NCBI GenBank assembly: GCA_963743885.1
Contig: CAVURJ010000001.1
Span: 12,949-76,948 of the forward strand
Reading direction: 5' to 3'
Length of the DNA: 64,000 bases
Source of the DNA: Candidatus Moraniibacteriota bacterium
Lineage (GTDB): Bacteria; Patescibacteriota; Minisyncoccia; Moranbacterales; UBA1568
Below, in pieces: positions 36,324-45,883 of the stretch. The notes under the pieces are model-generated. The model did no database searches and had not been told where the DNA came from. It saw only the letters and a program-made list of their open reading frames with translations. How positions within the stretch are numbered: the first letter of the stretch is position 1; every line of letters starts with the position of its first letter. A program made the position numbers and the translations under genes.

Positions 36324-38045
36324 ATGTTCATGAAACTCATACCATTCCTCTCCTGGGTCCGGACCTACGATAGGAAGAAATTCGTCGCCGACCTCTCGGC
36401 CGGACTAACAGTCGCTGTCATCCTCGTCCCCCAGGCCATGGCCTATGCTATGCTTGCCGGCTTGCCGCCGGTCTACGGTCTCTACGCCGGTCTCATCGGC
36501 GCCGGCGTCGCCGGACTTTTCGGTAGTTCGACCCAGCTTTCGACTGGTCCCGTCGCCATCGTAAGCTTCCTCGTCCTCACCTCGCTCACGCCATTTGCGG
36601 CTCCAGAAAGCGAAAATTTCATCAGTCTCGCCATCCTCCTTGCACTCTTGGTCGGCCTCGTACAACTCCTCATGGGCGTGTTCCGCCTCGGCTTCATGAT
36701 GAGTTTCGTCTCGCACGCGGTCGTCGTCGGCTTCACCAATGCTGCCGCGCTCATCATCGCCTCGACCCAGATCCCGAGTCTCCTCGGCATCAAGGTCGGC
36801 CAGCACGAACTCGTCTTCGAGACCTTCATCGATATCGCACGGAACCTTCCGACGACTCATCTCCCAACTGTCGCCATAAGCGTTGCCGCCATCGCCGCAC
36901 TCCTCATCCTCCGCCGGATCCACAAAGCTTTCCCTGCCGCCCTCGTTATCGTCGTCACCTCCATCCTCGCTTCCTCATACTTCGATTTCGAAGCGCTCGG
37001 TATCAAAGTCGTCGGTGCCGTCCCGAGCGGCATCCCCTTCCCGGCGCTCCCAGCCTTCTCATTCGATATGGCAAGCGATCTCCTCGGCACCGCGCTCATC
37101 ATCAGCATCATCGGATTCATGGAAGCCTTTGCCATAGCCAAATCCTTGGCTGCCAAGCGGAAAGAGAAGATCGATGTGAATCAAGAACTCATCGGTCAGG
37201 GACTCGCCAACATGGCCGTCTCGCTCTTCCGCGGCTATCCTGTGAGCGGCTCCTTCTCGCGAAGCGCCGTCAACAATCTCGCCGGCGCGCAGACCGGCAT
37301 GGCTGGAGCCTTCGTCAGCCTCTTCGTCCTCCTCGCACTCCTCTTCGTCGCGCCGTATCTCTACGCACTGCCGAAGGCCGTGCTCGCCGCGATCGTCATC
37401 GTCGCCGTCATCGGACTGGTTGATATCCGCGAACTCAGCCATCTCTGGAAGACTACACGCTCCGACGGCGCCGTTGCTGTCGCCACCTTCGGCTTCGCCT
37501 TCCTCATGAAGCCGGACTACGCTATCTTCATCGGCATCATCCTCTCGCTCATGCTCTTCCTCCGGAAAACCATGCGTCCCGATCTCGCTATCCTCGGCCG
37601 CGATGAAGAACGTCATGCCTTCGCTGATATCAAGAACGATCCGGCCGCACGCACCTGCCCATACATGACGCTCGTCCGACCGGACCGTGCGCTCTACTTC
37701 GCAAACATCGACGCGACCCTCGAAAGTGCTGAGCGGATCATCGCCGAATGTACACCAAAGATCTTCATCGTCGACGGCGAAGCAGTCAACTTCATCGACG
37801 CCACCGCTATCGAGGCACTCGGGCGCTTCATCCGCGAAAAGGAAGAGGCTGGACTCCGCATCCTCTTCATCAATCTCAAAGAAGACGTACGTGCGACCTT
37901 CCGCCGAGCCAGCATGGACGATTTCCTCGAGAAAAATGCCTCTATCATGGGAAAAAGCGCCGCTATCGCCGCCGGCAAAGCCCTTCTCCCCGCCGAGTGC
38001 TGCGCGACCTGCACCGCCCGCGTCTTCCAGGAATGCAAGAAGTAA
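36324..38045 (+). CDS. SulP-family anion transporter with C-terminal STAS domain
   Basis: 573 aa. N-terminal motif ADLSAGLTVAVILVPQAMAYAMLAGLPPVYGLYA. The STAS region is at the C-terminus. Confidence 0.9.
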   Translation: MFMKLIPFLSWVRTYDRKKFVADLSAGLTVAVILVPQAMAYAMLAGLPPVYGLYAGLIGAGVAGLFGSSTQLSTGPVAIVSFLVLTSLTPFAAPESENFISLAILLALLVGLVQLLMGVFRLGFMMSFVSHAVVVGFTNAAALIIASTQIPSLLGIKVGQHELVFETFIDIARNLPTTHLPTVAISVAAIAALLILRRIHKAFPAALVIVVTSILASSYFDFEALGIKVVGAVPSGIPFPALPAFSFDMASDLLGTALIISIIGFMEAFAIAKSLAAKRKEKIDVNQELIGQGLANMAVSLFRGYPVSGSFSRSAVNNLAGAQTGMAGAFVSLFVLLALLFVAPYLYALPKAVLAAIVIVAVIGLVDIRELSHLWKTTRSDGAVAVATFGFAFLMKPDYAIFIGIILSLMLFLRKTMRPDLAILGRDEERHAFADIKNDPAARTCPYMTLVRPDRALYFANIDATLESAERIIAECTPKIFIVDGEAVNFIDATAIEALGRFIREKEEAGLRILFINLKEDVRATFRRASMDDFLEKNASIMGKSAAIAAGKALLPAECCATCTARVFQECKK

Positions 38046-38160
38046 CACAAGTTTCTACTTCAAGAAAAATCACTCCCTAGTGGGGAGTGATTTTCTTTTA
38101 TACTCCGACGACCGTGTATCATCAAAACCAGCGTGGTGATGACTTAGCTCTTTCGTAGCG

Positions 38161-39249
38161 CTACTCGCCGTACTCTTTGTGGCTATACTTTTTCAAACCC
38201 TTTTTCGCTTTTTTTAAAAACTTACCGAACTGTCGGCCCTTTTGTCTCTTTTCAAGCTCCGTCATTTCATAATGACCGGATTCTTTCTTCAAATTGATGT
38301 AGTTGGAATATCTCTCTCCATCCAGCTTGCCCGACTGTACCGCTGACAATACTTCGCAATCAGGTTCACTGACGTGCGTGCAGTCGGCAAATTTGCATTT
38401 TTCCGCCAAGGCCGCTATTTCCTCGAAGAGACCGCTTATGCCGGCATTCACATCCGTCACCCCCACTTCCCGCACTCCGGGATTGTCTATTACGATGCCA
38501 CCGTTTTCCAAAAAATACATTTCTCTCGCGGTCGTCGTGTGTTTCCCTCGGCCCGAATGCGCTCCGATCTCGCCGGTCTGTATCTTGCCTCCGCCAAGCA
38601 GCTTGTTGATCAAAGAGGATTTTCCGACACCGGACGAACCGAGAAAGCAGTAGGTCTTGCCTTTTTCTATATATTCTTTCAACGCATCCAGCCCCTCATC
38701 GGAAAAAGCGCTGGTCACAATGATATCAATATCCTTGAGCCTCTCTTGTATCTGGGCGAGCTTTGAATCCAGGTCTTCTTTGGAGATCAGATCTATCTTG
38801 TTGAAGACAATAGCAGGCTGTATCCCTCCATCACGCGCTATGGAAAAATATCTTTCAAAACGATTCAGATTATAGTCCCGATCAGCCGACTCGATAACCA
38901 GGGCGACATCAATATTTGCCGCTATGACCTGGATCTCATCTTTGCCGCTCCGCTTTCTTTTCATCACCGTCTTCCTCGGCAAGATACTCTCTATGACAGC
39001 TTTCTTCTCTTCCACTTCGGAAATGACCACCCAATCACCGACGGCCGGATAATCCTCCCTAGAGACAGCCTTGAAAATACGCTTGCCGGTTATTTTCGCC
39101 AGATATTCTCCGCGAGTACTTCTGACTTCATATATTCCCCTCCGTTCAGCGGTTACCCGGGCAACCTGAAAAACATCCAACCCAAGCCTCACACGCTCAG
39201 ACTCGAAAAAATCATCCCAACCCAGATCTTCCCTGTTCATAATATCCAT
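38161..39249 (-). CDS. rsgA: ribosome small-subunit-dependent GTPase A
   Basis: 362 aa. OB fold at the N-terminus. Circularly permuted GTPase motifs (NKIDL, then GSSGVGKSSLIN). C-terminal zinc finger CKFADCTHVSEPDC. Confidence 0.85.
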   Translation of the reverse strand: MDIMNREDLGWDDFFESERVRLGLDVFQVARVTAERRGIYEVRSTRGEYLAKITGKRIFKAVSREDYPAVGDWVVISEVEEKKAVIESILPRKTVMKRKRSGKDEIQVIAANIDVALVIESADRDYNLNRFERYFSIARDGGIQPAIVFNKIDLISKEDLDSKLAQIQERLKDIDIIVTSAFSDEGLDALKEYIEKGKTYCFLGSSGVGKSSLINKLLGGGKIQTGEIGAHSGRGKHTTTAREMYFLENGGIVIDNPGVREVGVTDVNAGISGLFEEIAALAEKCKFADCTHVSEPDCEVLSAVQSGKLDGERYSNYINLKKESGHYEMTELEKRQKGRQFGKFLKKAKKGLKKYSHKEYGE

Positions 39250-39314
39250 ATCCTCTATTCTACCATCAAAGCCCCGTATACCCTCTCCCAGGGAAAGAGG
39301 AGTATACTGATTCT

Positions 39315-40637
39315 ATGAACAAATTTCTTCGTTTTCTCCCAGCCGGAAGCATTTTTTTGGCAATCACCACCTTCCTCTCCTACGGGACAGGACTCTGGCG
39401 CGATCGAATATTCGCCCAGAGTTTTGGCGCATCCCGAACATTGGATGCTTACAATGCCGCTTTCTTGCTGCCTGATCTCCTTTTCAATATCTTCATCGCC
39501 AGCGGCATCGCCGCAGCTTTCGTCCCCATCGTTACCGACCTCCTGAAGTCTGATCAAAAAAGAGCCGCGGAGTACCTAAGCACAGTGATCAGTGGGGCTA
39601 CAGGAGCCATGGCCCTCTCCGCCACTCTCATTATCGTGTTCGCCGGACAAATCAGCAGCTTGGTAGCTCCAGGCTTCCAGCCGGAAGATCAGCTCATGGT
39701 GGCCAGGCTGCTCCGTACCCTCGCCCTCTCCCCCCTCCTCTTCGGCGCTTCCAACGCCTTAGGAGCGCTCCTTATCGTCAAACGACGCTTCCTCTATTAT
39801 GGACTGTCTCCGGTACTCTATAACCTCGGTATCATTTTTGGCACCCTCTTCCTCTCTTCTCGCTACGGCATCATGGGGGCGGCCTGGGGAACGCTTCTCG
39901 GAGCACTCCTCCACCTTCTCGTACGGATATTCGACGTTCTCCGTTCCGGCTTCACATGGCACTGGGGGTTTTTCCCTTCACGACCAGAATTTAAGAAGAC
40001 GCTTTCTCTTATGGTGCCCAAGATGCTCGGCCACCCAGTGGAGCTCGCTACCTTTTGGATCTTCACCATCATCGCCTCGCATCTTGAGGCGGGCTCCGTC
40101 GCCGTTCTCAATTTCGCCAGAAACTTTGCGAGTGTCCCCGTAAGCCTGATCGGCATTACCGTCGCCACCACTACCTTTCCTCTCTTGACCCAGACCCTCG
40201 CCGATGGCGCCATGAAGGCTTTCCGTAAAACACTGAGGACATCTTCCTGGATCATTTTTGGCGGAAGCGCGTTGGCAGCTGTTATTATTTTTCTCATCCG
40301 CGAGCCCCTCGTCCGCATCGTCTTGGGTGGCGGAGCATTCGACCAAGCAAGCGTCCTTCGAACCGCCCTAGTCCTAGGGGTATTCACTCTCGCTATCCCC
40401 ACCGAATCCTTGATACACCTTCTGGCCAGGGCCTTCTACGCAACCAAAAATACGCTCATTCCCGTTGTCCTCAGCCTCATCGGCCTGATTGTCGCGGTTA
40501 CCGTCGCTTTCTCTTTCACTCCGCGTCTTGGTATTATCGCTCTACCGCTTGCTTTTTTCTTGGGAAGCCTCGCCAAGCTCTCCTTCCTTCTCCTCTTTTT
40601 GCCCAGGCGCCTGCGAAAAGTAGAAAATATCACATAA
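39315..40637 (+). CDS. murJ: lipid II flippase MurJ/MviN family (MOP superfamily)
   Basis: 440 aa, about 12-14 TM helices. MurJ-like N-terminus ...RDRIFAQSFGASRTLDAYNAAFLLPDLLFNIFIASGIAAAFVPI. Confidence 0.65.
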   Translation: MNKFLRFLPAGSIFLAITTFLSYGTGLWRDRIFAQSFGASRTLDAYNAAFLLPDLLFNIFIASGIAAAFVPIVTDLLKSDQKRAAEYLSTVISGATGAMALSATLIIVFAGQISSLVAPGFQPEDQLMVARLLRTLALSPLLFGASNALGALLIVKRRFLYYGLSPVLYNLGIIFGTLFLSSRYGIMGAAWGTLLGALLHLLVRIFDVLRSGFTWHWGFFPSRPEFKKTLSLMVPKMLGHPVELATFWIFTIIASHLEAGSVAVLNFARNFASVPVSLIGITVATTTFPLLTQTLADGAMKAFRKTLRTSSWIIFGGSALAAVIIFLIREPLVRIVLGGGAFDQASVLRTALVLGVFTLAIPTESLIHLLARAFYATKNTLIPVVLSLIGLIVAVTVAFSFTPRLGIIALPLAFFLGSLAKLSFLLLFLPRRLRKVENIT

Positions 40638-40722
40638 CCTCTTCCTAGTATCCCTATCGACTACCGGTTTTTCTCTTGCTACACTATGGGCACCTTCGCT
40701 CTCCACACCACTATTCAAAACT

Positions 40723-41487
40723 ATGCGCTTTAAAAAACTGGCCATCATTCTCATTCTTCTCATAGCGATCACGGGCGGCGCGATGATGTTCTCTCTGTAT
40801 GAGAAAAGAACCGCTTCCCCGCAACCGCTCATACCTCTCTCATCCCTCCCGGAAGCCCAGCCATTTTCTCCTTCACCAAATCCCCTTCCGACCGAATCAC
40901 CCAAAGAGCTCCCGGAAAAATTTTTGCTTCAAGTCCCCTTCACTCCACAAGCCCCTACCGGAAACTGGGATGAGATGCATGGAGAGGCCTGCGAAGAGAC
41001 CAGCGCCCTCATGGCTGCTGCGTACTTTGCCGGCGATACCAGAGCGGTTTTGCCTGCAGCGGAAGTAGAGAAGCAATTGGCCGATCTGACCGCCTGGCAA
41101 GAAAAACGCTTTGGGTATTCACTGGATTCTACCGCCGAAGAAACAGCAGAGATGATTCGCTCCGTCTATCATCTCAAGACTGAGCTGGTCGCTGATTTCA
41201 CGGAACAAGATATCAAAAAAGCACTGGCCGCGGGCCACGTCATCATCGTCCCTCTAAGCGGACGCGAGCTCGGCAATCCCTACTTCCGCCAGCCCGGACC
41301 AATCTATCATATGATCGTCATCCGCGGGTATACCGAGGCAGAGCTCATCACCAACGACCCCGGGACAAAGCGCGGCGAAAACTATCCGTATTCCTTTGCC
41401 ACGATTAAGAACGCCGGCGCTGACTGGAATCATACTACTGGTACGATCGACGATGGAAAATCCATTATGATCGTCGTCTCAAAGTAA
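40723..41487 (+). CDS. membrane-anchored C39-like (papain-fold) cysteine peptidase domain protein, paralog 1
   Basis: 254 aa. N-terminal TM helix. Peptidase_C39_2-like pattern: VPFTPQAP..W.......CEETSALMAAAYF (Cys), ...YHMIVIRGY (His), ...NDPG. Confidence 0.6.
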   Translation: MRFKKLAIILILLIAITGGAMMFSLYEKRTASPQPLIPLSSLPEAQPFSPSPNPLPTESPKELPEKFLLQVPFTPQAPTGNWDEMHGEACEETSALMAAAYFAGDTRAVLPAAEVEKQLADLTAWQEKRFGYSLDSTAEETAEMIRSVYHLKTELVADFTEQDIKKALAAGHVIIVPLSGRELGNPYFRQPGPIYHMIVIRGYTEAELITNDPGTKRGENYPYSFATIKNAGADWNHTTGTIDDGKSIMIVVSK

Positions 41488-41497
41488 TCATCATCCT

Positions 41498-42166
41498 ATG
41501 TTTTTTCTCACGCTTCCCAGACTCCTCTTCCTCCTTCTGACACCGGTCCTCGTAACAGGAGCCGTCGTTTACGAGGTTGTGGAGAGTAAGCCCCGCCCAG
41601 CCACTTTTTCTCTTGCCGTCCCCTTCACGACCCAAGCTCCAGACGGTGTGTGGGAGAATAATGCAAACTGTGAAGAAGCGAGTGCACTCATGGTAAGCGC
41701 TTTTCTCGCGGGCGATACCAGAGAGGATATCCCTACATCTGAAGCCAAGCGCGCTCTTGACGCTCTGGTCCGCTGGGAGCGCTCCAATCTCGGTTACCAT
41801 GTCGACACCGGTATCGGAGAGATAGGCGCGATGATAGAGGCAAATTTTGATCTTACGACCGAAGAGCTCGTCGACTTCACGGAAGATGATTTGAAACAAG
41901 AACTCCTCGAAAATCATGTCATCATTCTTCCAGTCAATCTGAAGCTTCTCGGAAGTGCAAAGTACCAAGGAGCAGGCAATGATTACCACGTCGTCGTCAT
42001 CCGAGGGTATACAGAGACCGACTTTGTAGTGAATGACCCCGGGACCACCAGCGGCAAAAATAATCTCTACTCATTTGCCACGATCCAAAGCGCTGCTGCT
42101 GATTGGGACAATGCAAACCGAAAACTGAACTCGGACAGGAAAGCAGTTCTTGTCGTTTCAAAGTAG
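41498..42166 (+). CDS. C39-like cysteine peptidase domain protein, paralog 2
   Basis: 222 aa. Same architecture, ~45% identical to the upstream gene (CEEASALMVSAFLAGDTR...YHVVVIRGYTE...NDPGT). Confidence 0.6.
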   Translation: MFFLTLPRLLFLLLTPVLVTGAVVYEVVESKPRPATFSLAVPFTTQAPDGVWENNANCEEASALMVSAFLAGDTREDIPTSEAKRALDALVRWERSNLGYHVDTGIGEIGAMIEANFDLTTEELVDFTEDDLKQELLENHVIILPVNLKLLGSAKYQGAGNDYHVVVIRGYTETDFVVNDPGTTSGKNNLYSFATIQSAAADWDNANRKLNSDRKAVLVVSK

Positions 42167-42232
42167 CTCTGCTCTCATCGTCCTTGCCCCACTTCTTGGA
42201 TACTCGCCCACCCTACTCGATACAAACAAAAA

Positions 42233-42257
42233 CAGCACCTTCTTGGGTGCTGTTTTT
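42233..42257 (+). terminator. rho-independent terminator after the peptidase pair
   Basis: cagcacc-ttcttg-ggtgctg followed by ttttt. Confidence 0.7.
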
Positions 42258-42344
42258 ACTTACTACTCCACATGTTGGACGAAGTAAGAACCTATATATT
42301 GAGAGAATCGAGCAATAAAATCCAGGCCTAAGACTTTTATTCTA

Positions 42345-42611
42345 CTAATTTTCGGGAATTGAGATAACACCAGCTTTAAAGCCAAAAAAACTAAACATCT
42401 CCTCATTAAGACTCTCCACGCCCTTATCATCGTTTTGTTTAACCCGCTCCCTTTCCAATAGCTGCGTAGTGAACCCTTTCTTTGAAAAAAGAAAACCACC
42501 TTCAATCAAGTTTTTCGTATCAAAAGGCATCTGTCCATCAGGCCCAGTGTTTCTTACAACATAGGGACTTTCCAGGTACCTACTATCTTGCTCTCTGTTT
42601 ATAGTATTCAT
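42345..42611 (-). CDS. hypothetical 88-aa protein, translationally coupled to the SDH-family protease (island gene)
   Basis: Its start lies 3 nt after the protease stop. AT-rich codon usage unlike the host genes. Confidence 0.4.
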   Translation of the reverse strand: MNTINREQDSRYLESPYVVRNTGPDGQMPFDTKNLIEGGFLFSKKGFTTQLLERERVKQNDDKGVESLNEEMFSFFGFKAGVISIPEN

Positions 42612-42613
42612 AG

Positions 42614-43750
42614 CTATATAGTTGGTGTTGAAACAGGTGCTGGAAGATCAACTTTCCGCCAACCCGTATTTAATACAACTACATTACCATTAAACTGCAT
42701 ATCCAGTTTTCTTTGGATTAGTATTCTATTTTTTGCATAAAACTCCGATGAAACTCTCAGGCTTTCCAAGAAAGCATGTTTTAATTCTATCTCAATTGTA
42801 GGAAGAACCACGTTGAGTTGCTCTTGCATATAGTTCTGTAGCAACTGAAAAACTAATTGCTGGTTATTAGAAATCTGCGGTGGAATATTGATAGGAGGAG
42901 GCGACTGAAGAAGCGGAGCGGCATTTGGATCCCTCAGGTACTCAGCCAATGGATCAAATGGCATACGAGTCTTGATTTCTGATTCAAAATCCATGTGGAT
43001 ATCCCACATCATTTTTTCCAATTCTATGTCTGGCGTTATTACATTCAACCCTATTTCTTCTGCTTCTTTCCTTCCAAGAGCATGCCCATGGCTGAAAAAA
43101 CTCTTATTGAGCTTAGTTGCAATTGCATGAGCTTGTGATTTTTTTTCAGGGTCTATCATGTGCATTTGGAGCATTTTTTCCCCAATAGCTATCGATAATG
43201 AGGAAGAGCGTTTTGCAAAGCCAAGAGCTGTTGGCTCTACAACTTCACATAATTTCTCAAATGCACTTTTAATGTACTCCTGTTCCGTAATACCGGCCTC
43301 TTCTCGAACAAAACTTAAAAATGAAGCTACATCTTCATATCCAAACTCTTGAGTTGTACCATCTTTTTTTCTTGTTTTTATTTGTGGGTCTATTGGTCCT
43401 AAACAACCATACGGACCCATGACAATTTCATCGGCGCCAAGAGCTAAAAGAGTGGCCGCACTAAATGCTGAATGAGGTACCAAAACATTTACCTTTTTGA
43501 AGGATGAGCGGAGAAGTGAGATTACTCTCCAAGAAGTCAGGGGGTCTCCGCCGGTTGATTCTATAAGTAAGTCAATCGCAGTCTCCGGTGTCTTTGTTAT
43601 AGCCTGTATCTGATCAATAAACTCATCAATCACATCGCCTGCCATAGCCGCAGCAGCACCTCGTCTTTGAGAGGTAACATAAGTAACCAAAGGATTACCC
43701 CTCTTTGCTTCAATCTTCTTGTATAATTCAGCTCTTTCTGCAATTGCCAT
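42614..43750 (-). CDS. ClpP/SppA-fold serine protease of the SDH (serine dehydrogenase proteinase, S49-like) family
   Basis: 378 aa. ...LVTYVTSQRRGAAAAMAGDVIDEFIDQI...IESTGGDPLTSWRVISLLRSSFKKVNVLVPHSAFSAATLLALGADEIVMGPYGCLGPIDPQ matches the family core. The C-terminal ~150 aa are unassigned. Confidence 0.6.
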   Translation of the reverse strand: MAIAERAELYKKIEAKRGNPLVTYVTSQRRGAAAAMAGDVIDEFIDQIQAITKTPETAIDLLIESTGGDPLTSWRVISLLRSSFKKVNVLVPHSAFSAATLLALGADEIVMGPYGCLGPIDPQIKTRKKDGTTQEFGYEDVASFLSFVREEAGITEQEYIKSAFEKLCEVVEPTALGFAKRSSSLSIAIGEKMLQMHMIDPEKKSQAHAIATKLNKSFFSHGHALGRKEAEEIGLNVITPDIELEKMMWDIHMDFESEIKTRMPFDPLAEYLRDPNAAPLLQSPPPINIPPQISNNQQLVFQLLQNYMQEQLNVVLPTIEIELKHAFLESLRVSSEFYAKNRILIQRKLDMQFNGNVVVLNTGWRKVDLPAPVSTPTI

Positions 43751-43811
43751 GTAGATTCTTTAGTAATTGAATTATACCGAAATGTAGTGTAAAGTAAAGT
43801 GAAGTGAAAAT

Positions 43812-43991
43812 ATGGAAATGAAAGATGCTTTTTACACTACAGAAGAACTGGCAACTAAGCTAAAGCTGAATGTCATGACGATTTACCGCTATATTAAAGC
43901 CGGAAAGTTAAAAGCCCATAAAATCGGCAAAGAGTACCGAATTGACCGGATCGAATTCGAAAGATTCATAAAAAGCACGGAAACGAAATGA
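43812..43991 (+). CDS. excisionase/MerR-like HTH DNA-binding protein (59 aa)
   Basis: MEMKDAFYTTEELATKLKLNVMTIYRYIKAGKLKAHKIGKEYRIDRIEFERFIKS. Its stop overlaps the next start (ATGA). Confidence 0.6.
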   Translation: MEMKDAFYTTEELATKLKLNVMTIYRYIKAGKLKAHKIGKEYRIDRIEFERFIKSTETK

Positions 43992-45673
43992 GCAAGAAAA
44001 CTCAGACTCAAAAAATTCTACCATGGGAAAACGGCGAGTTAGAAACTCTTCTTCAGGGATTAATTGCTCATGGGTCGGAAGTAGCAAAAGTAGATTTCAA
44101 AACAGAAATCGCAATCAACACTCCGGAACAAAAGGCTGACCTACTCAAAGACATCATTGCTATTGCTAACACCTATGACGATAACTATGACGATCATGGG
44201 TTTATTATTTATGGAGTGAAAGCAAAAACTATAACCGGCATTTCTCAAACAGAAGTTGACGTTGATAAATTTCAAAACAACATAGAACAGCTTCTCAAAA
44301 CATATATCTCCCCAATGCCACAGATATATGTAATCGGGTTTGAAACCGCCTCTGGAGAAAAATGGGGGGCTATTGTGATACCTCCACGCAATAGCAAGCC
44401 ACACATGTTTTTCAAGGAATTATCTTGCCAAGATAAATCACGTATGCGAAGGAAAGGCGAATGGTTCGTTCGCCGAGGATCAACAACCGACCCGGGCCTT
44501 CCAGAAGATCTCGCTATTATCACTCAAAAACAGATAGAGCTAAGCCTCGAGCCATTACGAGACAGTATCCGAAGTCTTCAGATTCGTATTGCCAAAACAG
44601 AAGAACAGTACAACAGCGCCTTATTCAAACTGGTTGAGCGCGCACTTTCAGCTCTTCCAGAAAGTACTCAAAGCAGGTCGGAAGAGAAAAAAGAGGAAAT
44701 TGGCTCTGATATTGAAATAGCTCTTGGAATGGATCTTCCCGCTCGCCTCAAGCAAAAACTAAAAACTCCGACGGATAAAATAGCTGAGGACCTGATAACG
44801 GAAGCGAAAAAGATTCGTGAAATGATTGATGGTCCATCTTCTGGTATCCCCTGGACACCACAACCCAACAACCCCGATGAAAACAAACGAATTATTAACG
44901 AACTTGAAGAAAAAACCCGGGCCTTCCAAATATCAGTAGCAACAATCCTTCTAAACGATCATAAGGGTATTTATACCGATGCTCTTTTGCGTGCGATAAA
45001 AATACTCGCAAGAATGGTAGATGTGCCCAATGGCATTGCCTTTAATAGGATTGGTACGGCACTAAGATACTATCCGCTCGGATTGATTATATATACGATC
45101 TTTATTTTTGGAGTTGCTGCAAATAAGCCAGAAATACTAAGAAAGGTACTTGATCTTCCGGTAAAAGGCCGTCGAGCAGGCACAAGTGCGCACATAACAG
45201 ATATTTTCTTTTTTTGGTATGAGGCAAAGGCTCTGTTCAATGACGCATTTGCTCAAAGGTGGTGCGAACCAATAGGCCAAAGGATACGGCAAGTAATGAC
45301 TGACCATGTCAGTGATTTGCTTACTGAACTTACCGAACCAGAGTATTTTTTCAGAGGCGAATTTGTTCTCGCATTAACGCGCATTGATAAACTAACCGGG
45401 GACGGCGAAAATATTGATCGCAGGGTGCCCTTGCCAGGTCTCTACCTCTACCTTAATGAAGTACACGATATCGTAACTGATTTTCTTATCGAACATCCCA
45501 GCTGGTTTGAAAAATTCTATACTCAACCAATAAGCGAAATTCTTGATACATTTGACTGCAATGCAGATAAAATGGTCTCTCCGGGTTGCTTTGGTTCAGG
45601 GCTTCATAGCCTCAAAACCTCAAAAATATACCAGGACTCGTTACAAAAAAAGACTGTGGCGGCGCCAAAATAG
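43988..45673 (+). CDS. AlbA_2/Schlafen-like N-terminal domain protein with a ~400-aa uncharacterised C-terminal region
   Basis: 561 aa. N-terminal ...GSEVAKVDFKTEIAINTPEQKADLLKDIIAIANTYDD...GFIIYGVK fits the AlbA_2 (Schlafen-group) pattern E..EfK....ia.aN..GG.i.iGv. AT-rich. Confidence 0.55.
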   Translation: MSKKTQTQKILPWENGELETLLQGLIAHGSEVAKVDFKTEIAINTPEQKADLLKDIIAIANTYDDNYDDHGFIIYGVKAKTITGISQTEVDVDKFQNNIEQLLKTYISPMPQIYVIGFETASGEKWGAIVIPPRNSKPHMFFKELSCQDKSRMRRKGEWFVRRGSTTDPGLPEDLAIITQKQIELSLEPLRDSIRSLQIRIAKTEEQYNSALFKLVERALSALPESTQSRSEEKKEEIGSDIEIALGMDLPARLKQKLKTPTDKIAEDLITEAKKIREMIDGPSSGIPWTPQPNNPDENKRIINELEEKTRAFQISVATILLNDHKGIYTDALLRAIKILARMVDVPNGIAFNRIGTALRYYPLGLIIYTIFIFGVAANKPEILRKVLDLPVKGRRAGTSAHITDIFFFWYEAKALFNDAFAQRWCEPIGQRIRQVMTDHVSDLLTELTEPEYFFRGEFVLALTRIDKLTGDGENIDRRVPLPGLYLYLNEVHDIVTDFLIEHPSWFEKFYTQPISEILDTFDCNADKMVSPGCFGSGLHSLKTSKIYQDSLQKKTVAAPK

Positions 45674-45883
45674 CGTTAGACACAAATAATCGAGCTCTGC
45701 GAGACAAAAATAGAGACAGTAGGGTAAGTTTAGTGTGGTTTTCAAAAAGCAGAAAAGGGGCCAGGTACTTTTTTTTAGGCTTCCCTTACAATTGTACTCC
45801 CTCCAACAAAAAAACACACCCTTACGGATGTGTCTTTTCTTTATGCTCCGGCGATAGGATTCGAACCTATGACCAAGTGATTA

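Noticed and set aside
42170-45845. Calling the island a prophage or integrative element
   Set aside because: No integrase, recombinase, capsid or replication genes are present. Only an excisionase-type HTH, so it is described as an accessory island or remnant.
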